Positions 1 to 7,639 of a stretch of 32,000 nt of DNA are shown here, in pieces (the stretch's first letter is position 1; the number at the start of each line of letters is the position of its first letter). Source of the stretch: Microcystis aeruginosa NIES-843. Lineage in GTDB: Bacteria > Cyanobacteriota > Cyanobacteriia > Cyanobacteriales > Microcystaceae. The notes below the pieces were generated by a model, which did not search any database, was not told where the DNA came from, and was given only the letters and a program-made list of their open reading frames with translations. The stretch lies in the NCBI RefSeq assembly GCF_000010625.1, contig NC_010296.1, forward strand, positions 1,410,001 to 1,442,000, given 5' to 3'. Made by a program: the position numbers and the translations under genes.

Positions 1-1010
1 CTATTATTATCAAGGAAAATTTCGGCGATGCGATTAGTTAATTGTCGATTGGCTAAAGCTCGATCGCCTAGGTAGGGTAGGGGACTAGAAACATTGAGAA
101 AGCTAGTTTTAATAATCGGTTCTAAAGTGATATTTTTCTGACGGGTTAATTCCTGTAATAAATCATGATATTCTTGATAAATATGATCAATTTCTTGCCA
201 AACTCCCCAGCGCAAAAGTATTAACAAAATCAGATAATTACTGTATAACTTTAGGGTTGGAGTTAGACAAATTTCTCGGAATTGATAGGCAGTTATCAAA
301 GAATTATCAAAGTCTTCTGCTAAAATATAGAGGTTAACCAATTGTTCCAAAAGACTCAGATCATTTGGTCTTAATTGCAGACAAAGTTTAATAATTTCCA
401 CTCCAAAAGTGGGACTTTGTTGCTCGTTGGTGACTCGTGCTGCTATCTGAAAAGCTTGCGGGATAAAACTATCGGCTAATTCCTCCAGGTAGGGTAAACT
501 TGCTTGAGCTAAGTCTAAAGTTAATTCATGGGGATATAAAAGACTTTTGAGAACTACATTTAAAAGTAATTCTCGATCGGGATTAGATCTGAGATTCTCT
601 TGAATAGGATAATTAAGTAGTTCTTCAGGATCAAATATTTCTAAATCTAAAGCTAAGTCGAATAAAGCTAATAAATTATTAATTGACTTGGGAACAATTT
701 CCTGTAGATGATAGCGAAAATATTCTACAGCTGCCAGATCACCTTTTCTTTGTTGTCGTCGCGCTTCTGCGTCTAAAACCGCTTCTAATTCTGCTTGCCA
801 TTGCTTAACTTCTTCCAGATTACCTTCGCTTAAAATACTTTGCCACATTACCTGTGCTGCTGCTTCTAAATTTTGCAGAAGATAGGCAACTCCCAAGTAC
901 CAATAGTCAGAAATATTTTCGGAATTGTTATCGATTAGTTCCTCGTAGATTGCCGCAACTTGAGGATAATCTTCGGCAATTAAAGCTTGATAAGCGTCAG
1001 GATGCCACAT
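1..1010 (-). CDS. TPR / SPINDLY-like (GT41 O-GlcNAc-transferase family) protein, N-terminal part; gene runs off the window start
   Basis: Absent from the ORF track because it is open to the window edge. Manual translation from the ATG at 1010-1008 gives MWHPDAYQALIAEDYPQVAAIYEELIDNNSENISDYWYLGVAYLLQNLEAAAQVMWQSILSEGNLEEVKQWQAELEAVLDAEARRQQRKGDLAAVEYFRYHL..., with no stop through position 3 (336 codons checked by hand). The N-terminal YWYLG..LLQ..EA..W pattern resembles cyanobacterial SPY-family TPR glycosyltransferases as I remember them. Confidence 0.6.
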   Translation of the reverse strand, partial: MWHPDAYQALIAEDYPQVAAIYEELIDNNSENISDYWYLGVAYLLQNLEAAAQVMWQSILSEGNLEEVKQWQAELEAVLDAEARRQQRKGDLAAVEYFRYHLQEIVPKSINNLLALFDLALDLEIFDPEELLNYPIQENLRSNPDRELLLNVVLKSLLYPHELTLDLAQASLPYLEELADSFIPQAFQIAARVTNEQQSPTFGVEIIKLCLQLRPNDLSLLEQLVNLYILAEDFDNSLITAYQFREICLTPTLKLYSNYLILLILLRWGVWQEIDHIYQEYHDLLQELTRQKNITLEPIIKTSFLNVSSPLPYLGDRALANRQLTNRIAEIFLDNN

Positions 1011-1047
1011 AAAAAACTTAGGGTGTGTTAACGAATTGTAACACACC
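1011..1047 (-). terminator. Possible intrinsic terminator after the sulfotransferase gene
   Basis: Perfect 9-bp stem GGTGTGTTA (1022-1030) / TAACACACC (1039-1047) with an 8-nt loop. On the minus strand it is followed by CTAAG and a T6 run (plus-strand A run 1011-1016). It sits unusually close to the next start codon at 1010. Confidence 0.35.
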
Positions 1048-1111
1048 TTGAAAATATTTAATCTTAGTGCATTACTTACAAAAAAAATAAGTGAGGAATG
1101 ATAGAATTTAT

Positions 1112-1948
1112 TTAATTACTTGATAATTTGTCAAGTATTGGGTAGTTATAATCTTGCATCACTGATTGACAAATTTGATTAATTGTCTCGACATCTTGTT
1201 CATTTAAACCTTTTAAGCTATTGGTTTTTGTAGGATTGATCGGTCGATAAGTTCTTGTCCCACCGGCTAAAGATTTACTAGGATTTACCTCATGAAAATT
1301 AAGCAAATTATCATGCCACTCAATCTCTAGAAAGTTAACTATATCTTCTAAAGTTTCCCGAGGATTGGTTATTAAATTTTCATAGGACAACTTAAAAACA
1401 CTAAAGCCACTATCTTCCATAAACTTAGTATAGCTATTTTTATAAGACCAGTAAATTGCTCCTAATTCAATTGTTGATAGTTTATCGAGATCGTACTGTC
1501 CTAAAGTTTCAGGATAAAACGGTTTGAGGCGCTCAATTTCTGTTTTGGCACATCTTTCAATCCAATTAGTTCGTGAACGAGAATTAACCAGATTAAGCAT
1601 TGAGGCAATTGCGCTATAGGGATTTCTCACAGGCCAAACTATTTTTGCTTTAAGATAAAACTTTTTCAAAAAGTCTAGTTTATTAGAATGCTCCAACATT
1701 TTCAAGCAAAGGTACTCTTTCTTTAACTTAGCTAACATCAATCGTTGAGCTGAGGGAAAAGGATAGGGACTAGGAAATTCTGATTCATCTATACTGTGAA
1801 TCTGGGGATGAGCGTTGAGAATAGATAGTAGTAAATTTGTTCCACTTCTTTGACAGCCAAAAATAAAAAACAAGTTGCCAGAAAATCTTGGAGCAAACGT
1901 TCTTAAAGTGACTAAGTTTCTGAGATGATACTTGATTTCCTCATTCAT
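1112..1948 (-). CDS. Sulfotransferase family protein
   Basis: 278-aa ORF. PAPS 5'-phosphosulfate-binding loop FGCQRSGTNLL near the N-terminus. RNP-type 3'-phosphate motif (WPVRNPYSAIAS). Confidence 0.8.
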   Translation of the reverse strand: MNEEIKYHLRNLVTLRTFAPRFSGNLFFIFGCQRSGTNLLLSILNAHPQIHSIDESEFPSPYPFPSAQRLMLAKLKKEYLCLKMLEHSNKLDFLKKFYLKAKIVWPVRNPYSAIASMLNLVNSRSRTNWIERCAKTEIERLKPFYPETLGQYDLDKLSTIELGAIYWSYKNSYTKFMEDSGFSVFKLSYENLITNPRETLEDIVNFLEIEWHDNLLNFHEVNPSKSLAGGTRTYRPINPTKTNSLKGLNEQDVETINQICQSVMQDYNYPILDKLSSN

Positions 1949-2067
1949 ATTTTTATCCTGTTTCTACATCAGCCTTCTTATCCTACAACAAACTGATGCG
2001 TTAGGACAAGAGAAAGATAATTTTTGTTGCCAAAAAATCAATGATTGCCTAACGCATCTGACCCCCA

Positions 2068-3351
2068 TTAAACCACTTTAGCGATGGCTGCTTCTAGCTT
2101 ATCCATAGCCTCATCTACTTCTGTTTCCGAGACAATTAAAGGAGGTACAAAACGGAGAACTTTCGGACCTGCGGGGGCAATTAATAAACCCTCTGCCAAG
2201 GCTGCATTAACAATAGTAGATGAAACCAACTCACTTTCTGAATTAATTTCCATACCATTAATTAAACCCCAACCGCGCACATCGACAAATAGATGGGGAT
2301 ATTGAGAAGCAATCACGCGTAAACGGCTGCGTAATTGTTCCCCTCGCTGCTGGACATTTTCGAGAAGATGATCCCGTTCAATGGTTTGTAATACTGTTAA
2401 AGCTGAGGCACAAGCGAAAGGATTACCTCCAAAGGTACTCGCATGACTACCCGGTTCAAACACATCACAGAATTTTCTGCACATCATCGCACCGATGGGA
2501 ATACCACCCGCTAAACCCTTAGCAGAAGTGAAAATATCCGGTTCCACTCCTAAATTCTCATAACCCCAGAGTTTACCAGTTCTTCCGACTCCCACCTGTA
2601 CTTCATCAAAGACAAGCAAAATGTTATTTTCGTCGCAAATTTGCCGTAAACGTTGGAAATATTCGATATCCCCTGGACGAACTCCCCCTTCACCCTGCAA
2701 GGGTTCCAACATAATCGCAGCCACACGACGATTACCCTCATCGAGATCAGCGATCGCATTTTCCACCGCTTCGATATCATTATAGGGAATATAGGCAAAC
2801 CCCGGCATCAGGGGTTCAAAGTCTTTTTGATACTTCGGTTGACCGGTTGCGGTGATGGTGGCTAAAGTCCGACCGTGAAAACTAGCGTGAGCGGTTAAAA
2901 TAACTGGCTGTTCGAGGAAATCTAGCACCGTATGGGCATATTTCCGTACTAATTTAATCGCCGCTTCGTTCGCTTCCGCACCAGAATTACAGAAAAAGAC
3001 TTTATCAGCGCAGGAATGATCGACAATCCATTTAGCTAGTTCCCCTTGTTCGGGAATATAGTATAAATTCGAGACATGATGGAGTTTTTGGATTTGCTGA
3101 CTAACCACTTCAATTAAAGCAGGGTGCGCGTGACCGAGGGTACAGGTGGCAATTCCTGCGACAAAATCAAGGTATTGTTTCCCGGAAGTATCCCAGAGAA
3201 GACAGCCTAACCCTTTGGCGATCGCAATGGGAAAACGACCATAAGTATTCATCACATAGCTGTTAAAACTATCTCGATCGAAGGGTTGATTCGGGTTTAA
3301 ATTGGGAGTGGGATCAACTAGGGTTGGTTCTAAAAGGGTTTCTGGACTCAC
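2068..3351 (-). CDS. argD: Acetylornithine / class-III aminotransferase
   Basis: 427-aa ORF with a GTG start. Class-III PLP aminotransferase motifs are present: VMNTYGRFP, CNSGAEANEAAIKL, LVFDEVQVGVGRTGKLW, and SAKGLAGG carrying the PLP lysine. Confidence 0.9.
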   Translation of the reverse strand: MSPETLLEPTLVDPTPNLNPNQPFDRDSFNSYVMNTYGRFPIAIAKGLGCLLWDTSGKQYLDFVAGIATCTLGHAHPALIEVVSQQIQKLHHVSNLYYIPEQGELAKWIVDHSCADKVFFCNSGAEANEAAIKLVRKYAHTVLDFLEQPVILTAHASFHGRTLATITATGQPKYQKDFEPLMPGFAYIPYNDIEAVENAIADLDEGNRRVAAIMLEPLQGEGGVRPGDIEYFQRLRQICDENNILLVFDEVQVGVGRTGKLWGYENLGVEPDIFTSAKGLAGGIPIGAMMCRKFCDVFEPGSHASTFGGNPFACASALTVLQTIERDHLLENVQQRGEQLRSRLRVIASQYPHLFVDVRGWGLINGMEINSESELVSSTIVNAALAEGLLIAPAGPKVLRFVPPLIVSETEVDEAMDKLEAAIAKVV

Positions 3352-3477
3352 TGGGGAACTCCTGCGCGATTAGACATAGGGGAAATTATAATCAAATCCG
3401 TCTGAGAAGGACGGGTTATTTAGATTAAAAACTGATTTTATTGTAATTTACTAGACAGTCTTAGGGGTGAATTTTGC

Positions 3478-4536
3478 TTGTCCATCAGTGAAGATAAATA
3501 TCGTCGTCTGCGTCAGGAATTAATCGGGGGAATTTTTGCCCTGATTGTGGTGTTTTTGCTGGGTACGCTTTGGTATCATCTGATCGAGGGTTGGAGTTGG
3601 CTAGATTCGGCCTATATGACGATTAGTACCCTCGCTACCGTCGGTTTTGGCGAAATTAATCCCCTAGGTGAACGGGGACGACTGTTTACAATGGTTTTGA
3701 TCGTGATGGGAGTAATCACGATCGGTTATATTGTTAATCGCTTGACCGAAGCTTTAATTCAAGGCTATTTTCAAGAGGGACTCAAACAGAGACAGGAGAA
3801 ACGCGTGATCGATCGACTATCGGAACACTATATCATCTGTGGTTTGGGTCGCACGGGGAGACAGGTGGCGATCGAATTTTACGCCGAAAATATTCCTTTT
3901 GTAGTTATTGATACGGACCCCCTACAGGTAAATCGGGCCAAAGAATTAAATTATATTGTTGTTCAAGGAGATGCTACCTTAGATAAATCTTTACAAATGG
4001 CAGGAATCGAACGCGCTATTTGTATTGTGGCCGCTTTAACTTCCGATGCGGAGAATTTATATACAGTTTTGTCTGCTAAAACTCTTAATCCGAAAATCCG
4101 CGCCATTGCTAGGGCCAGTACCGAAGAAGCAGTACAAAAATTACAACGGGCCGGGGCCGATGCGGTGGTATCTCCCTATATTACCGGCGGTAGAAGATTA
4201 GCGGCCGCGGCCCTACGACCCCAGGTGATGGATTTTGTTGATGGGATTTTAACTGGAACCGATCGATCATTTTATATGGAAGAATTTTTAATCGATCCGA
4301 GGACTTGTCCCTGTGTCGGTTTAAGTCTTAGTCAAGCACATTTAAGATCTCGATCGGGGGCTTTAGTTTTGGCTATACGTCGCGCTGATGGTACGCTAAT
4401 CGGGGGACCGACTGGCGATACGGAATTAATGGCCGGGGATCTGTTAATTTGTATGGGAACGGCCGAACAATTACGCAGTTTAACTCAGATTTTAATCCCT
4501 ATGCGCTCGGATGGTTTACGTTTACCGAAGCATTAG
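3478..4536 (+). CDS. Two-TM potassium channel with cytoplasmic RCK (TrkA-N/TrkA-C) domains, MthK-like
   Basis: 352-aa ORF with a TTG start. K+ selectivity filter TVGFGE. Rossmann GxGxxG motif (ICGLGRTGRQVA). TrkA-C-like C-terminus. The start must lie upstream of TM1, so TTG 3478 is the only candidate. Confidence 0.85.
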   Translation: MSISEDKYRRLRQELIGGIFALIVVFLLGTLWYHLIEGWSWLDSAYMTISTLATVGFGEINPLGERGRLFTMVLIVMGVITIGYIVNRLTEALIQGYFQEGLKQRQEKRVIDRLSEHYIICGLGRTGRQVAIEFYAENIPFVVIDTDPLQVNRAKELNYIVVQGDATLDKSLQMAGIERAICIVAALTSDAENLYTVLSAKTLNPKIRAIARASTEEAVQKLQRAGADAVVSPYITGGRRLAAAALRPQVMDFVDGILTGTDRSFYMEEFLIDPRTCPCVGLSLSQAHLRSRSGALVLAIRRADGTLIGGPTGDTELMAGDLLICMGTAEQLRSLTQILIPMRSDGLRLPKH

Positions 4537-4947
4537 TTAAAGAATCGATAAAAAATCGGCTGGTAGCATTGCGGGAACAGGGGCAGCGGCAAAATCTCTT
4601 AGGTTTCGCATTATGATTATTTCTAGCTTTTCCGATTCAGCAACGGCACTGGTAACGGCATCTTCAAAATCTTTCATCTGACTTGCCAATGCTTGCCTAA
4701 TTATTGCATCTGTCACCCTAGCAACTTGCAAATTCTCTAGAAGAATTATCACCAACTTTCTTGAGCTTTCTCTTCCATTTTCTCTAGACAAAATATAATA
4801 AATATTAGTGACGGCATGACCAGAAATATATCCTTGAGTTTTACCTGTCTTAACTGTATTTAATGCTTGTACAGATGCTTGAAAATGTGGTTCACGCTTA
4901 CCCAAAACATCTAGCAATACATCACTATCGAATAGGACTCGTTTCAC
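4537..4947 (-). CDS. vapC: PIN-domain ribonuclease, type II toxin (VapC-like)
   Basis: 136-aa ORF with a GTG start. N-terminal LFDSDVLLDVL acidic motif typical of PIN domains, plus later conserved acidic residues. Overlaps the upstream ORF by 4 nt (GTGA). Confidence 0.75.
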   Translation of the reverse strand: MKRVLFDSDVLLDVLGKREPHFQASVQALNTVKTGKTQGYISGHAVTNIYYILSRENGRESSRKLVIILLENLQVARVTDAIIRQALASQMKDFEDAVTSAVAESEKLEIIIMRNLRDFAAAPVPAMLPADFLSIL

Positions 4948-5906
4948 CGATACTTCTCCACTAAATAATCAATATACGATTCTTTTGGGTCTTCTGGTCT
5001 TAAATCGACAACCCCCACTAAGTCTCTTGTCCAAGGATCAAGATCGCTTAAGTCATCTGTTAGGGAATGAGAAGTAGTTTCTGAGGATACATTCTGACGA
5101 AAAACACGCCCATATTCTAATGCTTTCTCAAAAACCTCCTGATCAGAAATTGATCCAGAAAGATTATCTAACCAGTTTTCAGACGAAGATTTTTCAGTTT
5201 CTAAATCGACCAAACCTGTTAAATTTTGTGTAGAGGCATCAATATCATTGAAATTATCTGTTAGGGAATGAGAGGTAGTTTCTGAGGATACATTCTTAGG
5301 ATTAAATCGCTCTTGAATTCTGAAAATTATTAAACTGTAATAGGCTCTCAGTTGGGTGACTAAAGATTTGTCAGTATCTTGGAAATATTCGGTTATAGTA
5401 CGATGAGAAACCGATAGAGCATTTTTAGCTCCCTGGTAAATTTGCTCTAATTCTGAATCGGCAAACATATCAATAAACACATCTATCGTTTCCGAGAGAA
5501 TGCGTGAACCTTCCACCACTCTGATTAAATCGGCTTTTTCCTCACCAGTCTTTCCCTCATTGATCTGAGCAAGGCTGATAAATAATTGATTATAGGCAGT
5601 AATTTGATTAGTAAATTGGTCTATATATTGGATTAATTCCAGTGCCGAAACCTCATTCTTATATTGTTCCCATACCTGAAACCATAGTTGATTAATTTGA
5701 CAAAATATATCGGCTCTTGCTTGATAAGTTTTAGAGTTATCCTTAACTTGCTCAAATAAAATTTTAGTTTCTTGTAGTAAATTATCCAGTATGATTCGAT
5801 CAGAATCGGTGACAATTCGATCGAGTTTATCTGTAATATCTTGCAGATTTTCTAACAAAAATTGTCCTAAATTTTCCCGTTCGACTGAACTTGGCAGACT
5901 ATTCAT
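4944..5906 (-). CDS. Hypothetical 320-aa protein in the antitoxin position of the PIN gene
   Basis: The ORF track shows 4944..6041, but the first 45 codons are the antisense read of the IS left end; the same peptide recurs in ORF 29466..29681. The native start is the ATG at 5906-5904 (MNSLPSSVERENL...). Removing the IS in silico restores AGGAGAGG-8nt-ATG. The C-terminus carries a 67-aa duplicated module (NVSSETTSHSLTD...). Confidence 0.6.
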   Translation of the reverse strand: MNSLPSSVERENLGQFLLENLQDITDKLDRIVTDSDRIILDNLLQETKILFEQVKDNSKTYQARADIFCQINQLWFQVWEQYKNEVSALELIQYIDQFTNQITAYNQLFISLAQINEGKTGEEKADLIRVVEGSRILSETIDVFIDMFADSELEQIYQGAKNALSVSHRTITEYFQDTDKSLVTQLRAYYSLIIFRIQERFNPKNVSSETTSHSLTDNFNDIDASTQNLTGLVDLETEKSSSENWLDNLSGSISDQEVFEKALEYGRVFRQNVSSETTSHSLTDDLSDLDPWTRDLVGVVDLRPEDPKESYIDYLVEKYR

Positions 5907-7227
5907 CGAAAATTTGGGTCTGAAACCCCGTCGTTCTACGACGGCTTTACTGTTAAATATTAGAACATTTACGAAATATATGCTAGAATGTGAGACATGG
6001 AAAAAGCCTATTCTTACCGATTTTACCCCACACCAGAACAAGAGTCGCTATTGCGGCGCACTTTGGGCTGTGTAAGATTGGTTTACAATAAGGCACTCCA
6101 TCTCAGAACACAAGCTTGGTATGAAAGACAAGAAAGAGTAGGATATACTGAAACTTCTTCAATGTTGACCGAGTGGAAAAAGCAAGAAGAATTAGACTTT
6201 CTCAATGAAGTAAGCTGTGTACCTTTACAACAAGGCTTAAGACATTTACAAACAGCTTTTACTAATTTCTTTGCTGGTCGTACTAAGTATCCTAACTTTA
6301 AGAAAAAACATCAGGGAGGAAGTGCCGAATTTACCAAATCTGCTTTTAAATTTAAAGACAAACAAATCTATTTAGCTAAATGCACAGAACCTTTACCTAT
6401 TCGGTGGTCAAGACAAATACCAGACGGATGTGAACCAAGCACAGTAACAGTCAGATTACATCCTTCTGGACGTTGGCATATTTCAATTAGATTTGATGAC
6501 CCAACGATTAAGCCTCTACCAGTAACAGATAAAGCCATCGGAATTGACTTAGGAATTAGTAGCCTCGTGATTACCAGCGATGGCGATAAAGTATCTAATC
6601 CCAAGCATTTTAAAAAGCATTATCGGAGACTGCGAAGAGCATCTAAAAGTCTTTCTCGAAAACAGAAAGGGTCAAAAAATCGGGAAAAAGCGAGAATCAA
6701 AGTAGCCAAGATTCACGCTCGAATCACCGATAACAGAAAAGACCATTTACACAAGCTAACCACTCAATTAGTTCGTGAAAACCAAACGATTGTGGTTGAG
6801 AATTTAGCCGTCAAGAATATGGTCAAAAACCCGAAATTATCTCAGGCAATATCTGATGTAAGCTGGGGAGAAATTACCCGACAATTAGCCTATAAATGCC
6901 GTTGGTATGGGAGAAATTACATCGAAATAGATAGATGGTTTCCTAGCTCTAAAAGGTGTAGTAATTGCGGGTATATTGCCCTTGAAAATGCCGTTAAATG
7001 TTCGAGAGTGGGACTGTCCAGACTGTGGGACTCACCATGACCGAGATATTAACGCCAGTAAAAATATTTTGGCCGCAGGGCTTGCGGTGTCAGTCCGGGT
7101 CGCGACTATAAGACCAGAACAGAGTAAATCTGTTAAGGCAGGTGCGAAAAATCCTTCGGGAAAGAAACAGAAACCTAAATCGTGAGGTTTGGGAATCACC
7201 GTCCGTTCACGGCGGTGAGGATGTCAA
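5907..7227 (+). mobile_element. IS200/IS605-family, IS1341-type (tnpB-only, no tnpA) insertion sequence, copy 1
   Basis: Collinear with 29547..30867. Both are preceded by TCAT (5903-5906 and 29543-29546) and both end in ...GGATGTCAA. The flanks diverge immediately outside these ends. The left end has a subterminal hairpin CCGTCG-ttcta-CGACGG. The right end has the hairpin CACCGTCCG-ttca-CGGCGGTG. No terminal inverted repeats and no Y1 transposase gene, as expected for this family. Confidence 0.9.
5997..7185 (+). pseudogene. tnpB: TnpB (OrfB) RNA-guided endonuclease, split by a +1 frameshift into 5997..7040 and 6976..7185
   Basis: N-terminal MEKAYSYRFYPTPEQ and the GIDLG RuvC-I motif. The first zinc-finger CxxC (CSNCG) lies in the upstream frame. 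The second CxxC and RuvC-III ([18 protein letters not shown]) lie in the +1 frame. Together the pieces give a TnpB of about 395 aa. Confidence 0.85.
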
Positions 7228-7362
7228 CGTATTTACCTCTCCTAAAACTGACGATCAAACAGAAATGAGTAGTCAAAATCATCAGCCCTAAACCTCGATT
7301 GTAACAATTTTAGGGTCTAAATCCTGTTTAAAAGGTATAGGAGAGGGGGAATTATAAATTAT

Positions 7363-7442
7363 GAAGTGGGGAAGTGGGGAAGTGGGGAAGTGGGGAAGTG
7401 GGGAAGTGGGGAAGTAGGGAAGTGGGGAAGTAGGGAAGTGGG
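7363..7442. repeat. Tandem octamer array (GAAGTGGG) x10
   Basis: Counted by hand: 10 units, two of them the variant GAAGTAGG. Confidence 0.95.
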
Positions 7443-7460
7443 AAGAATAAATAAAAATAA

Positions 7461-7513
<53 letters not shown>

Positions 7514-7639
7514 TTGACTCGGAGACTACTGGCTCCTTGCTCCTCAATCTAGCGTCTGTGAGGAATTGAGAAATTGAGGATGATTTGATAGGATGTTAGT
7601 ACAATCGGGGAATAGTAAAGAAAAAACCCCCTATTGCTC

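Noticed and set aside
2084-2865. Antisense or alternative-frame ORFs inside argD. The same applies inside pilT (7712..7900, 8119..8325), the pentapeptide gene (12591..12827, 12873..13082), GST, dnaK (21472..22387), pyrD, comB and the xisH region
   Set aside because: These are shadow ORFs wholly within longer ORFs that have clear family motifs. No independent support.
5907-6041. N-terminal 45 codons of ORF 4944..6041 (MFWCGVKSVRIGFFHVSHSS...)
   Set aside because: This is the antisense read of the IS left end. The same peptide appears in ORF 29466..29681 next to IS copy 2. It is kept only as a possible IS-driven fusion in the insertion finding.
6368-6604. 78-aa antisense ORF inside tnpB, conserved in both IS copies (also 30008..30244)
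   Set aside because: The conservation simply mirrors conservation of tnpB on the opposite strand. There is no start context and no recognisable motif.
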